A stretch of DNA of 64,000 nt from Felis catus (taxonomy: Eukaryota), in assembly GCF_018350175.1 (NCBI RefSeq), contig NC_058368.1, forward strand, positions 94,614,001 through 94,678,000. Direction: 5' to 3'. Under the pieces are notes generated by a model. That model was not told where the DNA came from and did not search any database. It worked only from the letters and a program-made list of their open reading frames with translations. A program made the translations under genes and the position numbers. Below, piece by piece: positions 11,509 to 24,989 of the stretch (its first letter is position 1; each line of letters begins with the position of its first letter).

Positions 11509-13269
11509 TTAAGCCTTGTTCCTTTTAAGTCATGCTACCTCTGGCAGCGATAATGCTGTCTTCCTTTTTGGCTCTGATATTTATTCCGGCTATGTGTGAA
11601 AATAGATCCTGTTCATGGCAGAGACTTGTTATGTAATGAACAAAAGGTATATTTACAGTGCTGCTTTTGGTAATTTAGGGGCTCACGTGCATGAACTCTC
11701 TGTGCAGTGCTGGCAGTAGAACATCTGTGGGTAATAATTCTAAGTTCAAAGGGTCAGGTTCCATTAAATAATAAGTTACAAAATCGAAGGTGCTTATTTT
11801 TGATTTAATTTTTTAAAACACCTCCTTTCGTCTTGTATTATTTAGATCCAATAAGAGAGACGGAGATTGAAAATTAATCTTAATGGTAGCCTTTTGCTGG
11901 ATATGATTGAACAGATTTTTAAATTTTATCCTATTTCACTTTTTTTTAATATGCTTTATTTTAATCTTTAAGGAGACTTGAGACTGAAATGTCACCATGA
12001 CTTATTTGAATTTCGTATTCTTCCCTCTTTTATCACCATTGCCTCTGTCAGCATTGTCCTCCTAACAGGGTCTTCTCTTGATTTTTGTTACAATGCCTGT
12101 GCTACAACATGTATTAAATTGTGAATTTCCTTTCAGACAGAACTTGAATGCTGTACTTCATTTTACTCCTTAAAGTCTGCTAGGAGTTCCCGTACATATA
12201 TTCCTACTATATAAATGTAAAAACTTATATGTCAGATGCTATTGACTTACTTGTCTATTTTCTGAGACCTTAAAGTGGCAAAATGGGGATTTATTACAGG
12301 GAATCACACTCGTAAGCCATTATGCTGTATTACCACCTAGATGTTAGCTGCACACTTGATACTAGAGAATATAAAAGCTTATTTTTCTAAAATAATTTTA
12401 CATTCCAAATTAACTTTGCTCCTCAGTTAGTAACAGATGTGATGATGAGAAATATATGTAAGGCATATTTTAAGCACTCTGAGTAGCCAGCTCCTTTTCT
12501 TAAAATGCACTTATATGTTAGGGAATTCTTAAATACATATTTGACACTTAACGTTTGTTTCCGATGTTCGAAGTAGGTTTATTTATTTACTTTTTTAATA
12601 GATATATTTTTAATGTTTATTCATTTTTGAGAGAGACAGAATGTGAGCAGGGGAGGGGCAAAGAGATATAAGGAGACACAGAATCCGAAGCAGGCTCCAG
12701 GCTCTGAGCTGTCAGCACAGAGCCCAACGTGGGGCTGAAACCCACAGACTGTGAGATCATGACCTGAGCCAAAATCGGACGCTTCACCGACTGAGCCACG
12801 CAGGTGACCCTGTTTGAAATAGGTTTAATGGGAATTTCTCTCGCTGAGAGTGTTCTTTACCAATTACTTGGCGAATTTATTCTTAGTATTTACTCACTGC
12901 ATTGTACTCTAGTGAAATTTCATCCTATCTTGCAGGTTCTTGAGAAATCTCCGTTTAAAGTTGGATAGCCACTGTTTCTGAGGTTGTATTGTTCCTACAA
13001 CATTCTTACAAATGTATCCCCTTTTAGCCTTTAGAGTACAATTGACTTTATCGTTAAGTGCAACAGCTAATTGCTTGTTTGAATTACTATTAAAAATACC
13101 TGTTTTTTATATGGAGTGTAAGAAATTAGACATTTGGACTTGATACTTGTAAAATTTACTGTATTATTTTGCTTTAGTATTTTCTTTGACATCCTTGTTT
13201 CATTTCTTTTGGAATCCTAAGGATGGATAAATAGCTTTATATAAAGAGGGCAGAAAGAGCCCCACTTCA

Positions 13270-14010
13270 TGCAACTAAATCTTGAGATTTTTAAGAGTTC
13301 AGTCTGATGAGTTTCAGAAATTATACACACCCATTTAATCATTATCCATAACAAAATAAAGAATTTCATCACCCGGAAAATGCCCAATGTTGGTTCCTCC
13401 GTTCCCACCTTTGCTTTCCGTCACCAGCTATTGGTTCTGTCTGTTCTTGGATATAACGTAAATGGACTCAGAAAAATGTGTCTGACTAATCTCTCTCAAC
13501 ATGATATATTTTTTGGATTCATTTATGTTGTTACTTGGATCAGTCATTTTTCTATTGCAGAGTAGTATTTCATCGTATAAAAATACCACCTTTTGTCTCT
13601 CCATCCCCGTGTTGATGGACATTTAGGTTGTCTCTAGTTTCTAGCTATTATGAATTAAGACTGTTGTGAACATTTGTGTACAAGTCTTTTTGTGGACATA
13701 TATTTTAATTTTTCTGGGATCCATACCGAGGAAGGGTTTGCTGGCCCCCTGGAGCGAGATCTGAGAGTTTCTATTTAAGTTTGAGCCAGCCTGTGCTGGG
13801 TGGTTTGGGGAAAGTCATATAAATGTGAATCTATCGCCTTGTGTGGTTCCCGTCTTAAATGAGTTGAATTCCCTTAACTTCTGCCTGCTTTTAGCCATTC
13901 TCCAATGCCTTCAAATCATTGTTTGGAAGATATTTTGTATAGTGGTTATAATTTTATTTGTAAAGAGGGTAATATAAACTGTTTCCTACCATTACCAGAT
14001 TAGGAGCTCT
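13270..14010 (-). mobile_element. Old L1 fragments (L1MB/ME-like 3' UTR followed by an L1ME-like 5' segment)
   Basis: gttgatggacatttaggttgtctctagttt...gtgaacatttgtgtacaagtctttttgtggacata, then ctccaatgccttcaaa...ccattaccaga. Confidence 0.65.
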
Positions 14011-14309
14011 AAAAGTGATTTTCTTGGGGGGTCTGGGTGGCTCAGTCGGTTGAGCATCCGACTTCAGCTCAGGTGTGATCTTACAGTTTGTGGGTTTGAG
14101 CCCCGCGTCAGGCTCTGTGCTGACAGCTCAGAGCCTGGAACCTGCTTTGGGTTCTGTGTCTCCCCTTTTCTCTGCCCCTCCCCTGCTCACATTCTGTCTC
14201 TCTCACTCTCAAAAATAAATAAAACATTAAAAAAAATTTGTTTAAAAAGTGATTTTTTAAAATTCTAAGTCTTATTCTATCTCTCCTTTACTCCAAATCC
14301 ACCAAAAAC

Positions 14310-14776
14310 TTTCAATGTTTCTTATAATAGAGGTCAAATTTCTTAGGATTCCCCATGATCTATAAACCCCTCAGTCCGCTCCCTTATCTTGTTGACCTTC
14401 TCCTTTTAACATCCCTCACCTGGCTGACTTTGGTCACCTCTGATCTCTTTACTTCAAAAGCCCTTCTCCTGGAGATTCATATGGCTGGCTTCCTTTTTCG
14501 ACTTTTGTTCTAATGCATCTTTGTCATTGAATCTTGCCCTGATCATCATCATGAAAAGTGGCCACATCTCTGTGGTACTTTCTTACTTCATTTTTTTTTA
14601 ACGTAACATTTAATCTTATCCAGCACATTATATATTTCACTTGTTTATTTTTAAAATTCTCTGTCTCTGTTACTAAACTGTGAGTCCACAAGGGCATTTG
14701 TTCACTATTGTATTTCCACTGCCCTAGCCCTTGGAAGATAGTGGGTTGTCAATAAATAATTGTTGAATGAATAAAT
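14310..14776 (+). mobile_element. L2 3' end
   Basis: ttgttcactattgtatttccactgccctagc...tcaataaataattgttgaatgaataaat is a typical L2 terminus. Confidence 0.75.
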
Positions 14777-16763
14777 GCACAATATCTCTGCTTTACAAGT
14801 TGTACTATTTTGAAATGCAGTCTTTTAGGTTTTCTTTTTTTTTTATTAAAAAAATTTTTTTGGTAACATTTATTTATTATTGAGAGACAGAGAGAGACAG
14901 AGCATGAGTATGGTGGGGAGGGGGGGGGGTGGCCAGCAGAGAGAGGAGGAGACACAGAATCCAAAACAGGCTCCAGGCTCTGAGCTGTTAGCACAGAGCC
15001 CAACACGGGGCTCGAACCCACAAACCGCAAGATCATGACCTGAGCTGAAGTTGGACGCTTAACCTACTGAGCCACCCACGCGCCCCTTTAGATTTTCTTA
15101 TAAAGAAGGGTATTTGTACTGATTAGTGGAGAAAGACCAAATAAGAAGGGGGTATGGATATATTTTTTATTTCCTAGTATTCTTTTTTTTTTTAAGTTTA
15201 TTTATTTATTTTAAGTGATCTTTACACCCAACATGGGGCTCTAACTCACCACTCTGAGATCAAGAGTCACACGCTCTTCTGACTGAGCCAGCCAGACACC
15301 TCTCTCCTAGTATTCTTCTGTTTTTATTTTGGCTGTACTTCAAACCTTTTGTGGTTCATTTATTTCATGACTCTTGAGGTTTGCTGGAATACTTGATTCA
15401 ACCATTTACATTTTTTCCTTTTTAAAACTGGAAATATAGAAAGAATTGCTGTAGCTTGAAACCGAAATTCTCCCGGAAAACAAGGTGATGTCATTAGCTG
15501 TATTGCAGCAATCAATTAAAAGAGCTGTAGATCTAAGAGCTCCTTAATCAGTCTTATTTGAAACAGAAATGTGTTCTCTGCTTTATAAATAATTGCACAA
15601 AACCAGAACCATTAACAAATTAAATAAAGATTTTACTAATGCCAAAAATTGTGCTGTTAGCAAAATTACTCTTATGTGCCTAGCATTCAGAAATTGCTAA
15701 ATAGAGTTGATGTACTTTTTGAGAGTGTTGCCAATTGTGAGAGCATTACTTGAATGACATTTCAGTGTCCTCAACCTTGTGCTATCTTTTTCATAAATTC
15801 TTGGTATGCAGAAGTGGCAAACAGTTTGAAGGATGGTTCATTGGTGTTTTCCCTCCTTCTCAGCTTGGACTTTTGTAAAGACCATGATTAGGTGTTTTGG
15901 CCAAGTCTGTAAGTCAAGGAGTATAATTAAGTTCCATGCCATCCTAGCGGTGAGACTAGGATATATCCTTATGTTTAGATAAACTTAAGGATATAAGTTA
16001 GGAAGTATCCCTAAGTTGTGATACTTACAGTAAAGCATTTGTACCTCTTATTATGATTTAGTGTAGCAGCAGCATTAACGAAGGGCATTGACTTAGTCAC
16101 TTTGGGCGTTTTGATGTCGTCTGGAGATTGCCTAACGCGTAGCCTTTATGATTTATGTAGTATGTTTTATGGACGTTGGCAGTCATCTGGGTGGAGGATA
16201 GAGCCAGTATTAATTCAAGAAGTTTATCTGTTTGCATCTTTGTGATATATGCTAATATACTCACATCAGTGTAATATGAATGTCATATTACATAGCAGTC
16301 GTTTCCAAGATCCTGACATTGTCTATACTTAACAGATGTCACAATGGAGGATTCTTTCTCTAGGATGTGAGTGTAGTGAGTGTGGCTTGGTCCTTGGAAA
16401 CTTATTGCCTCCTGTTCTTGCCCATGATTAGAGGGTGGCAGAGAGGGTGATGGGAGTGGGTGGCTGAAGATGTGCTCCCATTTGTAGCTGTCATTCTTCT
16501 GTTAAAACCTTTAGTGTATTTTTTGTGTGTTTTTTTAAGTTTATTTATTTTTGAGAGAGAGAGAGAGAGTGAGCTTGGGCGGGGCAGAGAGAGAGAACTG
16601 TGACATCATGACCTGAGCCAGAATCAGGAGTCAGACGCTTTACTGCTTCATCAAGCCATGCAGGTGTCCCAGTATATTGTATCTTTAAAATTTTTTTTTA
16701 AATTTTTTTAATGTTTATTTATTTTTTACAGAGAGAGAGACAGAGCATGAGCAGGGGAGGGGC

Positions 16764-16800
<37 letters not shown>

Positions 16801-16949
16801 CCAAAGCAGGCTCCAGGCTCTGAGCTGTCAGCACAGAACCTGACGCAGGGCTCAAACCCACAGACTGCAAGATCATGGCCTGAGCTGAAGTTGGACACCT
16901 AACCAGCTGAGCCACCCAGGCGCCTCCAGTATATTGTATCTTTTAAAAA

Positions 16950-19900
16950 ACAATGTTAGTTGAGTTATAATTTACATAGTGTAAACTGTATCCTTTTAAA
17001 TTGTACAGTTTGATGAATTTTGGTACATGTACACCCGTGAGATCACTACCACAATCAACACACAGAGAATTTTCGTCACCTTCAAAAGTTGCCTCATGCC
17101 CCTTGGAAGTCCCTTTTCCCCCTAATCTTGGCCCTAGGAAACCACTGATACACTTTCTGTCACTGTAAACTGCATAGCAGTGTATGAATAGAATTAATAC
17201 AGGTGTTCTTTTTTCCTGTCCGCCTTCTTCGTTTGAGTCAGATTTTGATGTTCATCCATAGTGTTGTGTGTATTAGTAGTTCGTGCTTTCTTACTGCAGT
17301 GTACTGTTCTGTCTTGTGGATATATCAGTTTGTCCATCCACCTGCTCATGCATGGGTCTTTGGGCCATTTCTGGTTTTGGGCTATTTTAAATATATACAT
17401 CTTTGTTTGGACATATATTTTCATTTCTCTTGGATAAATACTCAGGAGTGGATTGATTGGTTAAGTGTTACTATCAAACAGTTTTCCAAAGTGGTTCTAT
17501 TTTGTATTCCAGCCAGTAATTTTTTTCACATACTGGTCAACACCTGGTATTGCCAATCTTTAAAAAAAAATGGTTAGGTTTATTTATTTTGAGAGAGCGA
17601 GAGTACATGCATGTGAGCTGGGGGGGGGGGGGGGGGAGGGAAAGAGAGAGTCCCAAGCAGGCTCCATGCTGTCAGCATAGACCTGGATACAGGGCCCCAT
17701 CCCACAAACCATGAGATCAGGACCTGAGCTGCAATCAAGAGTCATACGCTTCACTGATGGAGCCACCCAGGTGCCCCCTAAATTTTAGTCCTTCTAGTAG
17801 CTGCAAGGATAGTGAACCTAAAGATGTTGAGCACCTTTTATGTGTTTTTTGGCCATTTATGTGTCTTCTTCTGTGAATTATCTGTTCACATCTTTGCCCA
17901 TTTTTTTAAAAATTTTTTTTTTTAACATTTATTTATTTTTGAGACAGAGAGAGACAGAGCATGAACGGGGGAGGGGCAGAGAGAGAGAGGGAGACACAGA
18001 ATCGGAAGCAGACTCCAGGCTCTGAGCCATCAGCCCAGAGCCTGACGCAGGGCTTGAACTCATGGACCGTGAGATCATGACCTGAGCCGAAGTCGGACGC
18101 TCAACCGACTGAGCCATCCAGGCGCCGCTCTTTGCCCATTTTTGTATAGATTTGTCTTTTTATTCCTGAGTGGTAAGAATCCTATTTGATCAGTCTGTGG
18201 CTTGCCTTTCCTTTTTCTTAATGGTGACATTTGAAGAACAGAAGTTTTGGAGCACCTGCATGGCTCTGCTGGTTGAGCGTCCGACTTTAGCTCAGGTCAT
18301 GATCTCACAGCCCGTGAGTTCACGCCCCGTGTCGGGCTCTGTGCTGACAGCTCAGAGCCTGGGGCCTGCTTCAGATTCTGCATCTCCCTCTCTGTCTGCC
18401 CCTCCCCCACTCGAACTCTGTCACACTCTCTCTCAAAAACAAATAAACATTAAAAATAAATAAATGAAGAACAGAAGTTTTAATTTTGATGAAGTCCAGC
18501 TTATAATTTTTTTCTTTTCTGGTTAATGCTTTTAATGTTCTACCTAAAACCTCTTTGCCTATCCCAAGATAACAAAGGTTTTCTTTTGTGTTTTCTTCCA
18601 GAGGTTTGATGGTTACAGCACTTACATTTAGCTCTCTGATCCATTTTGAGTTTATTTTTGTGTTGGGTGTTAAGTAGGGGTTGTTGTTCATTTCCTTCCT
18701 GTGTAGATACCTAGTTATTCTGGCATCATTTGCCCTGGCATCTTGGTCGGTAGTCAGCTAATGTGTCTGTATTTCTGTTCTTTTGCCAGTGGCCCATTGT
18801 CTTTATTGCTGTGGCTTTGGATTAAGTCCTTTTTTAAAAAACGTTGTTATTTTTTTTTCAAGTTTAGTTATTTATTTTGACAGCGGGAGCATGAAGGAGG
18901 GGGAGGAGAGGAGGACAACAGGAGAGAGAGAGAGAGTGAGAGAGCAAAAATGAATGAATCTCAAGCAGGCTTGGCATTGTCAGTGTGGAGCCCGATACAG
19001 GGCTTGAACTCACCAACCATGACATCATGACCTGAGCTGAAATAAGAGTGAGACATTAACTGACTGAGCCACCCAGACACCCCTATACTAAGTCGTAAAG
19101 TTAGGTAGTGTAGTTCTTCCAAATTAAAACACACACACACGCACACACACACACACACACACCAAACTGCTTTGGCTCTTTTAGATCATTTCCATTCCAT
19201 TTAAATTTTATCTATCTATCTATTTAAGAGAGCGTGAGTGGAGGAGAGGGCAGAGGGAAAGAGAGAGAGAGAAACTTAAGCAGGCTCCACACTTAGCGCA
19301 GAGTCAGACACGGGGCTTGGTCTCACCACTGTGAGATCATGACCTGAGGCGAAATCAAGAGTTGGATGCTCAGCTGACTGAGCCACCCAGGCGCCCCTCC
19401 ATTCCATTTAAATTTTAAAATCAGCTTGTCAGTTTCTATGAAAAAGTACCTGCTGGGAATTTAATTGGATTGTTCTCAATCCGTAGATCCCTTTTGGAAG
19501 AATTGACCTTCTAACAATGTTAAACCTTTAAATTCATGAACATGGTGTATCTCTATTTACCGATACCTTCTTTAATTTATTCCAGTAATGTGTGTAGATT
19601 TTCAAGGATCAGGATATACACAGATTTTGTTAAAGTTATCCCTATGCTGTTGACTGAATGTGTCTTCCCAAAATTCTTATGTTCAAACTTAACCTTCACG
19701 GTGATGATAGGAGGTGGGGTCTTTGGGAGGTGATTAGTTCATGGGGGCACAACCCTAATGAATGGGAATCATGCCCTCATAAAAGAGGCCAGAGAGAACC
19801 GCGTTACCCCCTCTGCCTTGTGAGAACACAAAGAGAAGTCGGCAGCCTGGAAGGGGTCCCTCACCCAACCATGCTGGCACTCTGATCTTGAACTTCCAGC

Positions 19901-20190
19901 CTCCAGAACTGTGAGAAATGTTTACTGTTAAGCCACATAGTCTGTTGTATTTTGTTATAGCAGCCCAAACCGACTAAGGCACTATGTATTTTCATGGTTT
20001 GGGTTGCTAGTATAAATGGGATTGCATTTTTTTATATTCCCTATTTGTTTCTACTGTCTTGAACTAATACTGATTTTTCACATTAATCTTGGGTGCCATA
20101 GCTTTCCTAAAATCACCCACTAGTTTTAGTAGCTTTTTAGCAGATAACTTGAGAGTTTCTGCCTATATGATGATACGTTACATCATAATT
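16950..20190 (-). mobile_element. Old L1 (L1MB/ME-like) 3' UTR and ORF2 remnants, hosting several SINEs and the MaLR LTR
   Basis: 3' end gagttataatttacatagtgtaaactgtatccttttaaattgtacagtttgatgaatttt. Minus-strand ORF PYLTPNTKINSKWIRELNV...KPLEEN is L1 ORF2. Confidence 0.8.
19645..19981 (+). mobile_element. ERVL-MaLR solo LTR (MLT1A/MST-like) nested in an old L1
   Basis: Starts TGCTGTTGACTGAATGTG, contains TTTGGGAGGTGATTAG and CTTCCAGCCTCCAGAACTGTGAGAAA, and ends TTTTGTTATAGCAGCCCAAACCGACTAAGGCA. These are MaLR hallmarks. Confidence 0.88.
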
Positions 20191-20379
20191 GTTTTTGTAT
20201 AGTTTGTCTTCATCAATAGACTGAGAGCTTTGGGGACAGATTGTAAATTTATACGTTTTTATGCCACCAGCACCTACGATGGTATAAAAGTCAGATCCAC
20301 ACTCCCTTGGTTTTTCCCCTTTCTGGCTGCCTTTTTGGTCATGTTTCCTGCTTTCGTGGCCGTGACTCACTGCCACACT

Positions 20380-20685
20380 TTTTCATATAGCTAGGACTCA
20401 GTCCCTGGTTCTCTTCTATTTTCTTTTGTCCCTTCCCTGGCAATTTCACGTAGGCCTCGGGGTTTAAATGCTATTTTATAATTTTTTTTTCCTCTAGCCT
20501 GCGCTCGCCTACTTGTTAAATTTATTGGATGTCTAATAAGCATCTCAAACTGAACATTAAAAAAAAACAAACAAAAAACTGATCCTTGGAACATTCCTCT
20601 TGGAATTGTTCCTGTAGTTTTCCATTTCAGCTAATGGTAATTTTGTTATTTTTGTTTTTGTTTTTCTCCATTTGTACAAGCCAGT
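20380..20685 (+). mobile_element. L2 fragment
   Basis: ggatgtctaataagcatctcaaactgaac motif. Confidence 0.6.
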
Positions 20686-21949
20686 CTTTATATCATTTTT
20701 TTTGCCAAAAATGAATAGAAAACTAGGATGAAAGTCTGATTCTCTTGGTAAGAAGTGTGGGTTTCATAAACTTAATGGAATTTACATAAAGATAGGAATC
20801 ATTAGTACCCTGAAAGCACCAAGCTTTTCTCAGACTGGATACTTGTGTTTGGGCTGGTATTTGTGTATAGAATACTTAGGAAAGCCACATGTATATAAAA
20901 TGCTGGAAATTGAAGATTTGTCTTAATGCTAAGGTATTACTTATTTTTAGCCATTGGGTGAGGGGGCTTTGTTATATTTTGTCCTAACTGCTCTGGTTAG
21001 GACAAAAGTAGACCCACTTGGCGTTTCTTGTGTTGAACTACTTGGGAATTACTTGGTAACTTAGTCACCATTTATAATAGTATTCTCTTTGCAAATTTGT
21101 TCTGTGTTCCTAATGAGACGTTTTAGAATGCAACTTTGTAAGTAGGGCACAAACAGCTTAAAAATGGGGGGGGGGGTAAAACTTGGGATCTCCTGGAGGG
21201 CCTCCAAAGGACACACTTTAAAATGTTTGCTGATTTGATTAATGGATCTATTTGAGCTGATGATACATCCGTTATTCATAGTCTCTATTATTTTCTTTCC
21301 AAAGAAAAGGTCAAAATTTGAGGAATAATCATCTGTACTCTTATTGGTATATAGAATGTTTCCAGTCAAATGTATTTCTAAACTGGTGGTGTTGTCTTGT
21401 GTCCTTGGGCAAATTCTGTGCCTGTTTTGCCTGAGGAAATGTCTCCCTACATTATAATGGAAATACTGGAAACTTTTCTGTTTTAGACAAATGTAAAATT
21501 ACTCTGACTCTATCATTTTAAACAAAGATTAATTGCATATACATACATACAGTCATGCTATTATTGAGAGATTGTAAGTATGACCTTTTAAATATTCAGA
21601 AATTGATTTTCCCAGCAGGTATTGCTTTCTTGGTGATACATGTTTATAATGAGAAATACTTCAAGGAGCTAACCTTATTAAACAGATTACATGGAATTGA
21701 AAAATTCCCTTCTCCTCTGTGTGGAAGATGTAGAAGTTCTTATCTCATGCTTCATTTTTATACATCTAATTTTTGGAAACAAAGAATATGGAACAGCCAA
21801 TTAGAATTATAGGGACCTTGTTGAGCAGTAGGTTTGCTTTAAGTGCTAAAATCATATACCTAAGAATGAGGTGTAAAGATGAATTTGGCAAAATTTTGTG
21901 ATTATTTACATTTATTAGTCTTTCTCCTCTTCTTCATGCCATTCCTCTT

Positions 21950-24810
21950 TTAAGTGAATTAGCCTTTTGATAATGATACATACACATGCAGTGGTAGGAA
22001 GTAATACAGAGAGATCCCTTATACCCACCCCCCAGTTTCCCCTAGTGATAACATCTTGCATAACTCTAGTACAATATCTCAGCCAGGACATTAGCATTCA
22101 TCCAGTCAAGATACAGAACGTTGCCATCACCACAAGGTTCTTTTATGACCCTTTATGGCCTGATGATTCTCTTCCCATTCATGCCTGCCATGCCATACCC
22201 TTCAGGCAGCCACCAATTTCTTCTATAATTTCTATGTAGAACTTCTTCTGTAAAATCTGTATTTTACAGAAAAACTGTGATTTCAAGAAGTATAATGTAA
22301 ATGGAATCATACAGGATGTAATGTTCTGGGATTGACTTTTTTTCCCACTTGCCATAATTCTCTGGATATCTTAACAACCAGAATTGGTTGTTATAATTAA
22401 TACCTAATGAGGTATTAATAGTCCATTCCTTTTTATTGCTATATAGTATTCCATGGTGTGTATATGAAACAGATTGCTTAAGCATTTAGCTTTTGGAAGA
22501 TATCTGCATTGCTTTCAGTTTTTGTCTGTTACAGCTGAAGTTGTCATAAACATTTGTGTATAGGTTTTTACATCAGCATAAATATTTATTTCTCTAGAAT
22601 AAATACTCATAAGTGAAGTTGCTGGGTGGTAGGATAGTTATAGATTTAGTGTTTTATTTTTTAAGGACTTTATTTTTTATTTTTTTAATGTTTATTCTTG
22701 AGAGAGAGAGACAGAGCATAAGCAGGGGAGAAGCAGAGAGAGAGGGAGAGACAGAATTCAAAGCAGGCTCCAGGCTCTGTGCTGTCAGCACAGAGCCCAT
22801 CACGGGGCTGGAACCCAGGAACCATGGGGATAATGACCTGAGCCAAAATTGGATGCTGAACCGACTGAGCCATCCAGGTGCCCCAATTTAGTTTTTTTCT
22901 AGCTTTTTTTTTTTTTTAAGTTCTTTATTTTGAGAGAGGGAGAGAGAGCTCAGGCATGCATGCATGAGCAGGGGAAGGGCAGAGAGAGGCAGAGAGAATC
23001 CCAAGCAGACCAGCATGGAGCCTGACATGGGGCTTGATCTTACAAACTGTGAGATCACGACTTGAGCCAAAATCAAGAGTCGCTTAGCCAACTGAGCTGC
23101 CCAGGCACTCCTGTATATTTAGTTTTGTAAGAATCTCTCAAACCATTTCCCAGAGTAGCTAAATCATTTCGTATTCTCATCAGCAATGTGTGAGGGATCC
23201 ATGTTCTCTGCATCTTTGCCAGCATTTGGAGTTGTCACTATTTTTTATTGTAATTGTTCTGATAGGTATGCAGTGATATCTCATTGTGGCTTTTATTTGC
23301 ATTTCTTGGATAACTAATGATGTCGAACAGTTTTTCTTGTATTTATTTGCCATCTGTAGATCCTCTTCAGTGAAATGTCTCTTTATGCCTTTTGCACATT
23401 TTCTAATTGGATTACTTCTTTTAAAAAAAAAAAACAACTATTAAGTTTTGAGAGTTATTTGTGTATTTTAGATACTAATCCTTTCAAGTACATGGTTTGC
23501 AGATGCTGTCTTCCAGTCTGTGCTTTGACTTCTCATCCTCTTAATTAGGATCCTTTGGAGAGCAAAAATTTTTCATTTTGTTGAAGACCAATTAATCAGT
23601 TTTTCTTATAATAGATTTTGCTTTTGGTGTCATGTCTCAACTGTTTCCCTTATCCTAGACCATTTAAGCACTCGTGGCTTAGTTTTATTTTTATTTCCCT
23701 AAAAATTTGTGGTTTTGAACTTTTTATTTATGCCCATGGACATTTTTGAATTAATTTGTGTATAAGATACATGAGTTGGTTGAGGTTAACTTTTTTGCCT
23801 GTGGTTCTTGAGATTCTTAGGTCATTGATGTGAGATTTTTCTTCTTTTCAAATGTAAGTATTTGGTAGTTTTTTTTTTTAATATTATTTTTTAATGTTTA
23901 CTTATTTTGAGAGAGAGACAGAGTGCACGTGGGGGAGGGGCAGAGAGAGAGGGAGACACAGAATCTGAAGCAGGTTCCAGGCTCTGAGCTGTCAGCACAG
24001 AGCCCGACACGGGGCTTGAACTCACGAGCTGTGAGATCATGACCTGAGCTGAAGGCAGGCGCTCAATTGACTGAGCCACCCAGGCGTCCGGAAGTATTTG
24101 GTACTTTTAAATTTTCTTCTCAGCATTGCCTTAGCTATATCCCACAAATTTTGATATTTTATGTTTTTTATTTTTAAGTTGTTCACTGTGTATTTTGATT
24201 TTTCTTGAGTCTCATGGATTATTTAAAATTATGTTGTTGAGTTCCCAGAGTTTCCTCTTTCTGTTACTGATTTCTAGTTTAGTGCCATTGTGGTGAGAAA
24301 ACACATTCTGTATGATTTCAGCTCTTTTTATTTGTTAAGGCATATGTTTTATGGCCCGGAATATGGTCTATCTTGGTGTATGTTTTGTAGGTGTTTGCAA
24401 AGAATGTTTATTCTGCTGTTGTTGAGTGAAGCGTTCTATAAATATCAATTAGATTCTTTTGGTTGATGTTGATGTTGAATTCATATATAGTCTGGCTGAT
24501 GTTCTGTCCAGCTACTCTATCAGTTGTTGAGAAACAAGTGTTGAAGTCTCTAACTATACGTGTGGATTTATCTAGTTCTTTTAGTTCCGTCCATTTTTAC
24601 TTGACATATATTGCAGTGCTAAGACCTTTAGTATTGTTTTCATACTTTTATTGTTATTTAATGTCCTCCTCTGTCTCAGATAATTTTATAGCCTTCCCTG
24701 CTTTGTTTTGATCAATGTTTGCATGATATATCTTTTTCCATCATTTAACTTTCAAACTGCCTATGTCATTATATTACAAGTGTTTTTCTCTAGTCTGCAT
24801 GTACTTGTCT
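21950..24810 (-). mobile_element. Old L1 (L1MC/MD-like) fragments with nested SINEs
   Basis: catgcagtggtaggaagtaatacagagagatccc...ccccagtttcccc 3' UTR. Minus-strand ORF NPIRKCAKGIKRHFTEED...EMQIKATMRYH. Confidence 0.8.
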
Positions 24811-24941
24811 CATTTTAAAAATGGGAGATGTAATTGGCTTATAACATTATATCTGTTTCAGGGGTATATGATGCAGTATTTGTGTGCATTGTGAAGTAAT
24901 CACTATAGTAAGTCTACTTAACATCCATCACCACGCACAGC

Positions 24942-24945
<4 letters not shown>

Positions 24946-24988
<43 letters not shown>
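24946..24988. repeat. (TG)n microsatellite, ~21 units
   Basis: Read directly. Others: (CT)n 249-278, (CA)n ~19129-19161, (GA)n ~41917-41964, poly-T ~31378-31412, (ACTG)n 47161-47184. Confidence 0.97.

Positions 24989-24989
<1 letters not shown>

Noticed and set aside
12439..12482. GTGATGA...CTGA as a C/D box snoRNA
   Set aside because: Only ~44 nt, with no terminal stem, no recognisable guide and far from a 3' splice site.
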